The notes under the pieces: model-generated
Databases searched by the model: none
Told to the model about the DNA's origin: nothing
Seen by the model: the letters and a program-made list of their open reading frames with translations, nothing else
Position numbers and translations under genes: made by a program
In this document: one piece after another, positions 22,106-32,541 of the stretch
How positions within the stretch are numbered: position 1 is the first letter of the stretch
Layout of the letters: the number at the start of each line of letters is the position of its first letter
DNA from: Candidatus Saccharimonadota bacterium
GTDB lineage: Bacteria; Patescibacteriota; Saccharimonadia; UBA4664
Length of the DNA: 64,000 nucleotides
Direction of reading: 5' to 3'
Assembly (NCBI GenBank): GCA_019352195.1
Contig: JACAFG010000003.1
Span: 64,956-128,955, forward strand

Positions 22106-23586
22106 ACCGTCACTCCCGTAGCTTCGTACAGACCCGACCGAACATAGCGCGGGTCGGTTTGTTCGGCAAACGGAACGCGGTCGACCATCTGGTCGTTGGA
22201 CGAGTTGGCGCCGATGATATCCCACTCATCAGGCAACACTTTGTGAGTGAAAAAAATGGGATACGGTAGCGTCGACACCATCATGGCCCATTGACTTGGC
22301 CGAAGCTGATGGACAATGCGCATCTGGGCATCGTTGAAGCCCATCGCGCGGCAATCGGCAATCCCCTCGTCGTCGTTCTCTTCGAGGTGGCCGACGATTC
22401 GGGTGGAAATGGTCTGCCGCAAAATCTCGGCGTTGTTGTGATGATCAGTGCCATAGCCGCCGACACCGGTGATCTGTTGCGTATACTGCGCGATCTCGAT
22501 ATCCCAGGTGGGGAAACGGCGTGTAATAGCCGCTGATCGAGCTCGCATCGACGCGTAATCGGGGCTGGACATGGCCTGGTGGCCTTCGTCGTTGGCATTG
22601 ATATGCGGAATGAGGTGGTCAAGTTGGCGCAGGTGCGCCACCGACAACCACTGCCATTGCAGTGTTTCGAGCAGACCCTGGCCCTTGGCTGGCATACCCA
22701 GCCAATACCAGTTGGCAAAGCGGGCCCCGAGGAAATCGGCCATGCCGCCCATGTGACTGAACGTACGGCCAAAATCTTTGTCGAGGATGCGGTAAAAATC
22801 GGCCGCAAGTAAATGAGCCCGCGAAACAATTTGTCCAACCTCGTCATCGAGCCTGTCATCAGCACGAAACACGCGCTGTTTGATCTCGTAGTACAGGCCG
22901 GGATTGTGCTTGAACCGCTCGTGATAGATCTTGCGCTGCTCCTGGCGACCTTTGAGCTTGTTCGCTTCGACGTCGGCGCGAGAGACGGTGGACAGCGCGT
23001 CGGCAAAATATCTCAGCGACGATACTTTCGGTTTCGCCCACAGCTCATCGACCCCGACACTGATCGCGGCCAAGTCGTATGAGTCATACTCGCGACCCGA
23101 CGAACGTTGGCCCATGATCACAGCCGTCTCGATGTGATCGAAACGGTCGAGACCAATGTCCATAGCGAAGGGGTTAACCAACGGTTCGGTGGCCAGATTG
23201 AACGTTTTGCCACCGCACTTACGGGTTAGAGCGGCGTCTTCCGACTCCCCGTTTTCCGCCTTGCGGCTGTGATCGCGAATGCGCATCATCGCCACTGTAC
23301 CGTCGAGGTTCTTGCCGGCTTGGAGGCCGAGTGCCCGAGCGATAGTGGTCTTCTTCAGCGTCGATTTGCGCGCCTTGATCTGGGCGGTGATGAGCCACGT
23401 ATTGGCAAATGTCATGTCTTGGTCTTGCTGCAGCCACGGATGAACCGCAAACCGCCTGCGATTGTAAAACTCCGTCCCAAGGTATACACCCCGGGTCGAA
23501 AACGGCATGGGAGCCGTGTAGGGCCAGCTGAGAGCAAAACTCTCAAGCGTGCCCGGCAGCGTACGCATTTGGGACATGGAGTTCAC
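22102..23586 (-). CDS. VirB4-like ATPase (actinobacterial short form) with a degenerate Walker A
   Basis: GVYLG...PW...WLITAQIKARKSTLKKT, VNPF, NDEGHQ Walker B; operon context. Confidence 0.7.
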   Translation of the reverse strand: MNSMSQMRTLPGTLESFALSWPYTAPMPFSTRGVYLGTEFYNRRRFAVHPWLQQDQDMTFANTWLITAQIKARKSTLKKTTIARALGLQAGKNLDGTVAMMRIRDHSRKAENGESEDAALTRKCGGKTFNLATEPLVNPFAMDIGLDRFDHIETAVIMGQRSSGREYDSYDLAAISVGVDELWAKPKVSSLRYFADALSTVSRADVEANKLKGRQEQRKIYHERFKHNPGLYYEIKQRVFRADDRLDDEVGQIVSRAHLLAADFYRILDKDFGRTFSHMGGMADFLGARFANWYWLGMPAKGQGLLETLQWQWLSVAHLRQLDHLIPHINANDEGHQAMSSPDYASMRARSAAITRRFPTWDIEIAQYTQQITGVGGYGTDHHNNAEILRQTISTRIVGHLEENDDEGIADCRAMGFNDAQMRIVHQLRPSQWAMMVSTLPYPIFFTHKVLPDEWDIIGANSSNDQMVDRVPFAEQTDPRYVRSGLYEATGVTV

Positions 23587-23755
23587 CTCTTTCGAAAATT
23601 GGACAAAAACGGATATATTGGACTTTCAATTTCAAGGTTCGAGACGCTGCTAGGCACCTCGGATATACGTTTTAAGCTAAAACATATATCTGAAGCGCTT
23701 AGCTGTCTCGGGTGGAAAAGCTCCACCCGAGACAGCGGCACGGACATGCAACTGC

Positions 23756-25597
23756 TTACATCATGGGAAGACCCAGATTGGCGCACTGGGCGGCGCGGAA
23801 CTGGCGTGCAGCGCCGGTGACACGCTTGGCCACGTGCTTCTTGGACTTGATGATATTCACGACCGTGCGGATGTCGGCCTCCAGTTGATCGTGCGAGGTC
23901 GCAAGAATCGAGAAGATCCGCGTGTAGTCGGCGCCGTAACCACTCTCGTGCAGCTCGACGCGGCGAGCTTCACCACGCTTGCGCCGATCCTTGGCCGCCA
24001 AGGTGTTGAGCCTCAACCCAGTTCCTTCGGAGAAAGCGTCCTTAAAGCCCGACGCCAGTGTGAGCCACAGAACCTGCAGCTGACTGTTGGTGCTCTCCGA
24101 GAGGGTGGCTTGCGAAAAGTGGATCTTCCGCGCGCCCAGATTGATTTGCCGGTAGTAGTCGGGCAGAACCAACTTGTCCTGCCGTTCGGTGGTATTGGCC
24201 GTGATGACCAAGGTAGCGATGAACGTGCCATCGACGATGCAAAAATCGCGTCCCTGGTAAATGTACTTTCTCGGCCAATGCGGTGACAGCGACTCTGCGA
24301 CAAGATCCTCGAAGTCGCTTGGGGTACCAACAAACTTGGCCCCCAGGCGTTTGCGCGTGTCTTCCTCGGTCTCGTTGACCGAGTCGAGGTGCTCCATACG
24401 CCACGCGTTGTACTCATCGGAATCCGTGATGTGGAGCCCGTTGTAGACGAAATCGCGAGTCTCGGCCAAATCGAGGACATGCGGATCCTCGATCGCGTTC
24501 TGCTCGAGGCCGCCGGTCACCGTATCGATGATCGTCTTGATGTCGGAGGCGCTGAAATCATCCAGCGCCAAACTCCTGCGCTTGGCAGCCCGACTCCATT
24601 CACCCGTACGGCGAATGGACCAAATAGTGACTTGGTCGATATCGAGCTCATTGAGCGCGGAGAACGCCACCGACTGCTGGTATAACCGCCCCGACAAGGC
24701 GAGTCCGTCACACTCCTGATCGGTAAATCCCTCCGCCAAGATCTCATAGGCCTCGTTGGAGAGATTGCCCACCGCGGGATTGATGAGCGCGATGGCCATC
24801 GGATGGTAGTCTTCCTGGAAATCACGTTGGAGCACGAACCGGTCGACCGGTCGAGACCGGTCAAGCGAGGTTACGCGCACCGAGAACTTGTGCTGACCTA
24901 GGGAGACTTCACGGACGACGTCGACGAAGCCGCGATTGCTGTCGGCGGCACTCAGCAGGTCCCAGTTCTTGGTACTGCCGGCGCCGGTCACCACGAAGTA
25001 GTCGGCTTTGGTTACGGGATCGTAAATGCAGGTGTAGACCACGCCACCAGACGCGACGTCATTGGGGTCACCAATGCGGTAAATCTTCAGCCGGATCGGC
25101 CGCCGATTGGGGAAGGGCCGGCGATGACGCTTGGGCTTTACTTCCTCGTTGTTACTGGGCGGTCGGCCCTTCTTTGCGTTAGACCGGGCCTTAGCTTTCG
25201 CCTTGGCTTCAGCCTTAGCTTGGGCTCTCGCTCTCGACTCGGAGTTGCGGTCAGTTTTGGCCGGAATTGGTATAACCCCATCGAAATCGGAAGACATCCA
25301 GAGGACGCCACCGTTCACGACCCCGTGCCACTGACTGACAAACCACTGGCCGAGAACTATGTACACCCGGCCAAAGGTCATCCGCAGAAAAAACATGATC
25401 CAGATTGCAATGCCGATCAACCAGCTATACTGTCCTGGAATGCGCAACTGGATGTAAAAGTCGAGTAGAACGAAGAAGACAAGCGCAATGTGATCACGCC
25501 GGTCGTCGAAACGGAGAAAATTCATCACCGTCCGAGCCGGTATTTTCACATACAATTCGCGAATGTCCCGGCCATCAATTTCTGTTGGACTTGTCAT
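23756..25597 (-). CDS. SCO6880-like protein (PrgI/VirB3-type TM pair + VirB4 N-terminal-like region)
   Basis: Two N-terminal TMs, large soluble region, C-terminal Q-x-x-A...LP; directly upstream of the ATPase. Confidence 0.6.
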   Translation of the reverse strand: MTSPTEIDGRDIRELYVKIPARTVMNFLRFDDRRDHIALVFFVLLDFYIQLRIPGQYSWLIGIAIWIMFFLRMTFGRVYIVLGQWFVSQWHGVVNGGVLWMSSDFDGVIPIPAKTDRNSESRARAQAKAEAKAKAKARSNAKKGRPPSNNEEVKPKRHRRPFPNRRPIRLKIYRIGDPNDVASGGVVYTCIYDPVTKADYFVVTGAGSTKNWDLLSAADSNRGFVDVVREVSLGQHKFSVRVTSLDRSRPVDRFVLQRDFQEDYHPMAIALINPAVGNLSNEAYEILAEGFTDQECDGLALSGRLYQQSVAFSALNELDIDQVTIWSIRRTGEWSRAAKRRSLALDDFSASDIKTIIDTVTGGLEQNAIEDPHVLDLAETRDFVYNGLHITDSDEYNAWRMEHLDSVNETEEDTRKRLGAKFVGTPSDFEDLVAESLSPHWPRKYIYQGRDFCIVDGTFIATLVITANTTERQDKLVLPDYYRQINLGARKIHFSQATLSESTNSQLQVLWLTLASGFKDAFSEGTGLRLNTLAAKDRRKRGEARRVELHESGYGADYTRIFSILATSHDQLEADIRTVVNIIKSKKHVAKRVTGAARQFRAAQCANLGLPMM

Positions 25598-25608
25598 GTC
25601 TCCCCTCC

Positions 25609-26682
25609 TTAGGGCTCGACGGTATCGGCTTCGGCCTTATTACGGTGGTGGTGGTGGACCACCATGAGAGCAGCAGCAGCGGTCCCCGAGAGGGGATTCG
25701 TTGATGATGCCAAGTAGACCGCCCCCTTGAGGGCGCCATAGGCCAATGCGCCGTGGACGACTTTCTTCGGAAGCGAGGTCGGCTTGTACTGGGGTTCAGC
25801 CGGCGGCATCATGTTTTGCGCGTAGTTGTTGTTCACCGTGTCCGCGCTCACTGCTGGCTGGCCGCGCCAATCGAACCTGGTTTGGCCGCTCATGCGCTGC
25901 CGGACCTGCTCAGTCTTGGTCGCCACATAGCTATGCGTCGACTTGAGCATGTAAAACAGGCCGTACCTCGCCACTGCCAGACCGGCGATGAGCGAGACGA
26001 TGGCACCGAACGAAGTGACCGTGGCGGTCTTGCCGCTCACGTACTCCGACAGCACCAGGCACCCCATAACAAAGGGGGCGCCAGCAAACAGCGACACAAA
26101 GCCGATGCTCACGAGCCAGTCGAACGCCGCCTTCATCTTCTGCGACACCACGCTCAGGACAAGCATGGGCAGAAACAGAATCTCGAAGAGGATGATGGCG
26201 ATGCCAAAGATGTAGAACATCACGATGAGGACAATGATGTACCACGACGCCGGCACGAGTCCGACCAGTCCGGCCAAAACACCCGGAATGCTGGGAATGG
26301 TGATGATGCCATTCAGGGGATTCGTCCCGCCCAGATTGAAGAAGTAGTCAGTAATTTTCTGACTGAGGCTTTGCAGCGAGTCACAGAAGCGGAAGAAGAC
26401 TCCCCCACCAATGACGGTCAGAAAAAAGAAGACAACCAACGACTTCACCGCGTACATGAGCCGGCGCTGCATAACAGCACCGATCATGAGCAATACCAAG
26501 GTGATACTCACGGAAAGCATATTGGCAAAGCTCCACGAAGCACCATAGAGCACGTACTGCCAGTCGCCTGGCGGAACACGCGGCGGCTTGATGAGAACCG
26601 CCTTGAGTGCGAGGTTGAGCGTTCGTACAAACGCGCCGACCATGGTCAGAATACCGGAGAGGATAGTACTGATTATGTCCAT
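25609..26682 (-). CDS. Polytopic membrane protein, VirB6/TrbL-like
   Basis: About 6 TM segments; AGGAGGAGG RBS; between the pilin-like and SCO6880-like genes. Confidence 0.65.
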   Translation of the reverse strand: MDIISTILSGILTMVGAFVRTLNLALKAVLIKPPRVPPGDWQYVLYGASWSFANMLSVSITLVLLMIGAVMQRRLMYAVKSLVVFFFLTVIGGGVFFRFCDSLQSLSQKITDYFFNLGGTNPLNGIITIPSIPGVLAGLVGLVPASWYIIVLIVMFYIFGIAIILFEILFLPMLVLSVVSQKMKAAFDWLVSIGFVSLFAGAPFVMGCLVLSEYVSGKTATVTSFGAIVSLIAGLAVARYGLFYMLKSTHSYVATKTEQVRQRMSGQTRFDWRGQPAVSADTVNNNYAQNMMPPAEPQYKPTSLPKKVVHGALAYGALKGAVYLASSTNPLSGTAAAALMVVHHHHRNKAEADTVEP

Positions 26683-26758
26683 CGTTCACCTCCTCCTAGA
26701 GGACGAATGGCCTGGAGCGCGATCCGCACTCCAGGCCATATTCGACGGGACCGGAGTG

Positions 26759-27172
26759 CTAGTAGCAGCCGGGGACCTCTTTGTTGACGGCCGCCGTGAA
26801 GATCTTCAGGACGATCGCCAGAATCACGAGACCGATGGTCGCGAAACGAAGAGCGATCAACAGCGGTCGCAGCGTGACCAGGGCCAACAGTGCGCCACAG
26901 ACGAGTGCCATCAGGGCCACTGAGTAGAAGAGGATCGTCACAACGCCGTACGTCTCGCTGACCACTCCGATGAGTGGCAGCTTCATGATGTTGGCGGCGT
27001 CGCAGCTGCCGCTGTTGATGTAGGACCCCTGGTTGGGACCTCCGCCGCCCGTGGGTGCGGCCGGGACGGCCATGGCCATGGACGCGGAGGTCAACAGCAT
27101 GGTGAACATGCCGCCCAGAACGACGACGCCGCGGGCTGCGGCGGCGCGGAGCCGCACGTACGTTTCGATCAT
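26759..27172 (-). CDS. VirB2/pilin-like small membrane protein
   Basis: GAAGG RBS; signal peptide ending AMA, two hydrophobic helices; followed by a hairpin at 26708-26740. Confidence 0.6.
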   Translation of the reverse strand: MIETYVRLRAAAARGVVVLGGMFTMLLTSASMAMAVPAAPTGGGGPNQGSYINSGSCDAANIMKLPLIGVVSETYGVVTILFYSVALMALVCGALLALVTLRPLLIALRFATIGLVILAIVLKIFTAAVNKEVPGCY

Positions 27173-27176
27173 GGCA

Positions 27177-28793
27177 CTACCTTCTTTCTGGTGGGGGTGG
27201 GTAAGACTGCAGCTCACCGTAGAGGTTCACAGCTTGGAGCTGAGGGTGGTACCGCGTACCTGTTTCGGCCACCTGATCGATGTGAGAGATGTCGACTCCA
27301 CGCGTATCAGCGGAAATGCGCAGAGCCTGTTCGGCAACCTTCATGTAGGCCAAGAAGGTCTGCATGTCGATCGCGTTGGGGTCACACACGGTTCCCCGCT
27401 TGCTGGCGATGTACGGATCGTACGGGACGGTCATGCACTTGCCGGCGAACTTGTCGGTTGGTACCGCGTGGGCCGATTGGCGCGCAGTTCGGGTAAGTTG
27501 ATCAAAATCGATCTCCTCGCCCACACGAATGGCGTTCACGACCACGATTGATTTCTTGACCTTCTTAGGGGTCTGAACGAATCCTGGCTGGCCAGCAATC
27601 TCTGCCGGAGGCTCGGTGTCCGTTCGATACGCGTCCATCGTGCTCGTGAGCATGAGGCGCGTGATCTCGACGTCGGCCTTGCAGTTGAAGATGATCACCG
27701 TGGCTTTCCGGGCACCGGCCAGAACAATGCTGTCCTCGTTGACGTCGTCGTTGCCCGTATCGAGCCCCATCGTATGGCAGTTGGGGTAGAGGGCATCGAA
27801 CATCCGGTTGAATGTCTGCACCGTCAGCTCGCTGTGGTCGTTGATGACGCTGTTAGGGTTCCCCGAAATGACGCCGAGCCCGATCCGCGGAGTTGTGTTG
27901 ATGAAACTCCACAGCTTTTTGTTTGTCGGATTCGGATCGTCCTCGAGCAACTTCACCAACTTGCCGATGGTGAAGAGCACTTCGGAGTAGATATCGAAGC
28001 CGGCATCGTGTCCGGCCGTGCTCGTGGCGGAGTTCTTGGTGGTCGGAAGCAGGAGCGTGTCCTTGCCGCCAAACAACCTGATGATCGCCAGCACGTACAA
28101 CAACAGGGTGGTCTTGGCGGCCGTGCCCTTGATGTTGGCACTGAGAATGACCGGGTCGATCCCTGGAGTCTGGACGAGCGCGTAGATTCTGGCGCCCGTC
28201 ATGAAGACGTCGTTGTAGAAATCGGCGACTTTCTGGCGAGCTTCCCTCTGACGCGACTCTTCTGCTTGCTCGAGCAGCCGGCGCTGATGCTCCTCGGCGC
28301 TGCGGGCATGCCGAAGCGCCATGAGTTTGTCGATCTGTTCTTTGCTGAGCTTCAGGCTCTTGGGAAACTCTCTCGTTGCGCGGTCGGGGTGCAGCAAGAC
28401 GAACCTGCGTAGGGCGAACCAGTTGCCGAGCCCGCCGTCCTCCGCGATTCGGCGCTCGTCCGGATCCAGGGGATCTGGCTTGATGACCGGGGGTGGAGGC
28501 GAGGTGGGCACGGCCATGCCGTCCTTGATGGTGGGGATGGGCCCAGTCAGGGCATCACTCACCGTTCGGAGGTCGAGGGCCGGGTGCGGCTCAGAAGACT
28601 TGTCCAGAGACACGACCCTCTGGCCGACGGACGCCGCCTCTCCGGTAATGGCGGACACTGCCCGGAGTGTGGGCGATGCCGGTCGCACCACGGGTGCCGG
28701 GCCTCGACCCGTTAGCGCAATACTGGTATCTGGACGTGCGGCAGAGTCAGGACGGCGGCGAGGTAGCCGGTCGTCACGGGCTGGTTCGGACAT
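27177..28793 (-). CDS. Pro-rich N-terminus + MinD/ParA-like ATPase
   Basis: Deviant Walker A NIKGTAAKTT; LDTG; VVVN; VPYDP. Confidence 0.7.
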   Translation of the reverse strand: MSEPARDDRLPRRRPDSAARPDTSIALTGRGPAPVVRPASPTLRAVSAITGEAASVGQRVVSLDKSSEPHPALDLRTVSDALTGPIPTIKDGMAVPTSPPPPVIKPDPLDPDERRIAEDGGLGNWFALRRFVLLHPDRATREFPKSLKLSKEQIDKLMALRHARSAEEHQRRLLEQAEESRQREARQKVADFYNDVFMTGARIYALVQTPGIDPVILSANIKGTAAKTTLLLYVLAIIRLFGGKDTLLLPTTKNSATSTAGHDAGFDIYSEVLFTIGKLVKLLEDDPNPTNKKLWSFINTTPRIGLGVISGNPNSVINDHSELTVQTFNRMFDALYPNCHTMGLDTGNDDVNEDSIVLAGARKATVIIFNCKADVEITRLMLTSTMDAYRTDTEPPAEIAGQPGFVQTPKKVKKSIVVVNAIRVGEEIDFDQLTRTARQSAHAVPTDKFAGKCMTVPYDPYIASKRGTVCDPNAIDMQTFLAYMKVAEQALRISADTRGVDISHIDQVAETGTRYHPQLQAVNLYGELQSYPPPPERR

Positions 28794-29207
28794 GGCAAAA
28801 TCCCTTCGGAACGGTAAAAACCTTGGAAAATGGACGGAAGTTAAAATGCTGTAGAACATGTTGTAAGCAGTTTTTCAAGGAGCTGGTCATTTAACCCATC
28901 TGGTGCTCAACTTCCGGATGGAGGTTGACCAATGGGGTTGACCCGGATATTGCTACCCGGTTCCGGAAGCTGATTTTAGGCTTATATTGAGCTTAAAATC
29001 GTACTTGCAGAATCGATCAACAATAATCATTACGCTTGGCTCAAAATCCTAGCGAGACCGTACCACTTTTTATATTTGATGACAAGCACAACCGTCTAGC
29101 ATCTATTAATAGTTGCCATTTGAACATTAATATCGTATAAACCACCCATAGATGACCCAGTGAAATTGGTTCACCCACCTTCATAATCCAAGTCCTAGGG
29201 AGACCTC

Positions 29208-30596
29208 ATGACCGGTCCTACGCCGCCGGCACCATCGACACCACCCGAACCACCGAAACCACCGCGCCACCGACCGCAGTCGACTTTTCAAAGAATGTTG
29301 GAGCCCGAAACCGCCGAGCTGACCTTCGAAGATTACGTCGAAGGGAGCGAACGCAGAGGCCTGAACGCACTGTTGTGCAGCGGCGCCGTCGTGATGCTCG
29401 GCTTTCTTGTCTTCGTGCTCACCCAGCTCGCGTGGCTAAAAGCCACCATCCTGTCGGTTTGGTGGGTGAATGTGCTCATTTGGGCCGTTCTCAGCCTGAT
29501 TGCCGTGTGGATCATTCTGCGGGCGCGTGCTGAGATGGAGTGGATCAACCAAGATGTTGATGCTTTTGGCCGCTACGACGAGGCACAGCCCCCCGCCGAG
29601 CGGCTGCAGGTGAAGTACGAGTGGGTTCCACGCAAGTACACCATCCGCATCTTACTGGCCAAAGTCGCCGATCAAAAAGACCGCTTCGAGGCGATCACCA
29701 AACTGCCCGTAGACAACCTCATACTCGCTACCCGGCGCAAGAAGATTGTGATGTACGCACCCATCGGGGGCATGATTGTGTTTGGGGGCCTCGTCTTGTG
29801 GACTACCAGTTGGGCGTCGGTGTATCTCCAAAACGCGGTTTACAACGTTATGGTGACGCCTCCCGGCGACAATACGTCCGCCAACAGCTTCATCGATAGT
29901 TTGGTAGCCAAGGCCCAAAGCGCGGCCGTCAGTTTCAGCTTCGACTGGCACTGGCTCGTTGGGATGGCAATATTGCTAACCGCCGGTGTCTTCTTGTTGC
30001 GTTTGGCCGTGAGGCACGTTCGGCGTCGGGGCGATGCCAGACGAGCAGCTCGGAGCGAGAACGCGGTGAGGGAACCACATCTGGGCTACTGGACAATCAG
30101 CCTCCTCATTGCTTTGGCAGCGAGCGCAATTGTCGTGAATTTGTGGCACGCCATCGACGTGACTCAGGTTTACCGCAATACCTTCGAAGGCCAATCGGCG
30201 CCCCTCCACCATGTCTTTTCCGGCTTGCCCAGCTGGTTTGGTATCGGTGTCTGGGTATTGGTGGCGCTTTACGGTGTGGGCGCGGTGCTAAGGTGGATGA
30301 GCTTCGTCGTAGCGCTCATGACCACGAGCATTCAGCTGGTGCCCTTGTGGCCTGGCTGGTTGTTCTGGGTGGGGCGTAACCCGGCCATTTTGTACGTCGA
30401 CCGGATCGACCTCAACAACTACAAACAGTCGGTTTGGGGGCGCATCTTCAGATATTGCACTCTCATCATCGACTCACCGGCCCAAAAAGACCGGCAGTTC
30501 AACCACATTTTGGGCATGCCCAAACCCGACGTCATATTGGCCACTATCAACTCCATCGTGAAGGCCAGGCTCCTGATTCAACCGCCCTCAATCTGA
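29208..30596 (+). CDS. Polytopic membrane protein with a C-terminal bacterial PH (bPH_2)-like domain
   Basis: AGGGAG RBS; multiple TMs; QSVWGRIFRYCTLIIDS. Confidence 0.7.
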   Translation: MTGPTPPAPSTPPEPPKPPRHRPQSTFQRMLEPETAELTFEDYVEGSERRGLNALLCSGAVVMLGFLVFVLTQLAWLKATILSVWWVNVLIWAVLSLIAVWIILRARAEMEWINQDVDAFGRYDEAQPPAERLQVKYEWVPRKYTIRILLAKVADQKDRFEAITKLPVDNLILATRRKKIVMYAPIGGMIVFGGLVLWTTSWASVYLQNAVYNVMVTPPGDNTSANSFIDSLVAKAQSAAVSFSFDWHWLVGMAILLTAGVFLLRLAVRHVRRRGDARRAARSENAVREPHLGYWTISLLIALAASAIVVNLWHAIDVTQVYRNTFEGQSAPLHHVFSGLPSWFGIGVWVLVALYGVGAVLRWMSFVVALMTTSIQLVPLWPGWLFWVGRNPAILYVDRIDLNNYKQSVWGRIFRYCTLIIDSPAQKDRQFNHILGMPKPDVILATINSIVKARLLIQPPSI

Positions 30597-30600
30597 CCCA

Positions 30601-30635
30601 AAGGCCCGGCAGCGCGAAAGCGTTGCCGGGCCTTG
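30601..30635. terminator. Terminator between convergent genes
   Basis: aaggcccggcagcgc-gaaa-gcgttgccgggcctt. Confidence 0.8.
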
Positions 30636-30655
30636 TCATTGGTGATCGCTATTAT

Positions 30656-31426
30656 TTAGGCGGCTTTACGCACGAGCAAAAACATACTGGGGCCAAAATT
30701 GGCGCTGGCGAGCGTGGTTTGCATGACGTTTTCGAGTCCCAGCATGAGCTGACGTGGCAAGACTTTTTTAAGTCCTGGGCTACGTAAGTTTGAGACCGAT
30801 AATTTGCGCTCCACGGTTAAACCGGCGGCAGCCAGCTGGCGTTCCACCGTCGCAGGATGGTGGTTAACAAAGGCAATGCCCCCGTCGGCTGTGCTGGCGG
30901 CGGAAGCCACGTTGATGGGCGTCGCGGGGATTTTTTCGCCTTTGAGCGTGGCCTTGATGCGGTTACGCGCATGGGTGGAGTTAGCGACTTCGAGAATGAG
31001 ATAGCCGCCCGGCGCTAGCACCCGGCTGAGCTCCGCAAACTCTGGCTCTGGCTTCGGTAGGTGGTGCATGACGCGGATCATGGTAATAAGATCAAGCTCG
31101 CCGTCGTTAAACTTGAGTTCGTCAGCCTGCATTTGGACGCGGTCGATCTCGGGGTGATCTTTGAGGAATTCAGCCCCAATATCAAGCTGCTGCTGGCTTG
31201 GTTCGGCGAGGGTAACGCGGTCGGCATATTGTTCCAAAAAGACGCATAAGCGCCCGTAACCACCGCCAATATCAGCGGCACGCTTAAAGTGTTTGCCGTC
31301 AAGCAGACGCGTAATGGCCATTCGTTCGGCCTCGTTTTCGTAGTCGCGGCCGTCCCAATAATGAAGATAATTATGGCTGGGATCATCGTACTGATTGGCT
31401 GGTTTGTGGGAAGTTGGTTCTGACAT
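30656..31426 (-). CDS. Class I SAM-dependent methyltransferase
   Basis: DIGGGYGR motif I; RVMHHL; RVLAPGG. Confidence 0.88.
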   Translation of the reverse strand: MSEPTSHKPANQYDDPSHNYLHYWDGRDYENEAERMAITRLLDGKHFKRAADIGGGYGRLCVFLEQYADRVTLAEPSQQQLDIGAEFLKDHPEIDRVQMQADELKFNDGELDLITMIRVMHHLPKPEPEFAELSRVLAPGGYLILEVANSTHARNRIKATLKGEKIPATPINVASAASTADGGIAFVNHHPATVERQLAAAGLTVERKLSVSNLRSPGLKKVLPRQLMLGLENVMQTTLASANFGPSMFLLVRKAA

Positions 31427-31549
31427 ATTTGAGTATTTTAACATCCTGCTTGAGTTTTTCTAAATCTAAATTCGATCAAATTGACTTACTTTAGTAGTTA
31501 TGCTATAGCCGTAAAGTTAATTGGTAAAGCTCAGCCTAGCGAGGCAAGC

Positions 31550-31969
31550 TATGACATACCCAATATGGCCCGAACGGACTATCCCGTTGACCATTAGCAA
31601 AGCCCGAACGTATTCGGATTTGCTGTCAGATCAACTCATCGATAGCCTCCGGTCTGAAGCGGAGAAGTGGGGCGCTCTGCTCGGTCGGCCCACTTTCATC
31701 GATGCAGACGGCGCGACGTTCAGCAGATCGCCCTCCTCCGGCTTGGCCTTGATGGCGTTGGTGACGGGCAGCTCCTGCTGCAAATCACGCACGAACAAAC
31801 GGACAGCGGCAGCCTGCTGAGGTTCGCCATCATCAGCTACCCCCTGGACAGCGGAACCAAGCCCATCAGTTTTTCCGTGCTCTACCACCCGAGCGGTATC
31901 GTTGACCTGCTCGCGGTGATCGCCCCGAAGCTCCGGAGCATTCCCGGGCTGGTCCAGATCGCTACCTAG
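31550..31969 (+). pseudogene. Hypothetical gene apparently split by a frameshift near 31700-31720
   Basis: GAGG RBS + ATG at 31550; protein-like sequence continues in the -1 frame (track ORF 31667..31969) up to a terminator. Confidence 0.45.
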
Positions 31970-32056
31970 CGCCATACTCAGCTTCCGTCCTCCATCTTGC
32001 CCCGAAAGGAGCGCCAATTTTCGGCGAGCCCTTCGGGGCTTCGTCTTGTTAAAACA

Positions 32057-32085
32057 CAAAAACAGCGCTATTGGCGCTGTTTTTG
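32057..32085. terminator. Bidirectional terminator left of att-like site A (candidate original tRNA-Leu terminator)
   Basis: caaaaacagcgc-tattg-gcgctgtttttg. Confidence 0.8.
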
Positions 32086-32157
32086 AAGACTTAATTGCTG
32101 GTGCCCTTAAACGACATCCCTTCGAACAGCTAGTTGATTGGATCGATGTGATCGGAC

Positions 32158-32541
32158 TTAGCTTTGAATCGAATGGGAGTTTAGCCAGTTCGAAATTTCT
32201 TTAACATCGATATGTTTGGTAGCGATTTCGACTGCATAATTTTCAATCTCACCTGCTGTTGCCCGAAATTCAAGCTCGTTAAGTCGAAGTAAGGTTAAAC
32301 CTGCAAGTATGGCCGTACGCTTATTACCATCGACAAATGGATGATCGGCGATAATCCCCCGAATAATGGCAGCAGATTTATCAGTAATATTAGCGTATAG
32401 CTCCTCACCGAAGACGTTTTGGGTTTGCGTAGCAACCGCCGACTCCAGCCTACCAAGGTCGCGCAAACCCGAAGCGCCGCCAGTTTCGGCTAGCACAAGT
32501 GCGTGGATCTCAAGCAAATGCTCGAGCGAAAGCACAATCAT
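32158..32541 (-). CDS. doc: Doc/Fic family toxin
   Basis: HPFVDGNKRT. Confidence 0.92.
   Translation of the reverse strand: MIVLSLEHLLEIHALVLAETGGASGLRDLGRLESAVATQTQNVFGEELYANITDKSAAIIRGIIADHPFVDGNKRTAILAGLTLLRLNELEFRATAGEIENYAVEIATKHIDVKEISNWLNSHSIQS

Noticed and set aside
23583-23786. 67-aa ORF between the SCO6880-like and VirB4-like genes
   Set aside because: AT-richer spacer with no RBS or motif; more likely intergenic or regulatory
25753-26787. 344-aa plus-strand ORF and other long antisense ORFs over rpoB/rpoC/tig/clpC/T4SS genes
   Set aside because: Shadow frames of GC3-rich genes on the opposite strand
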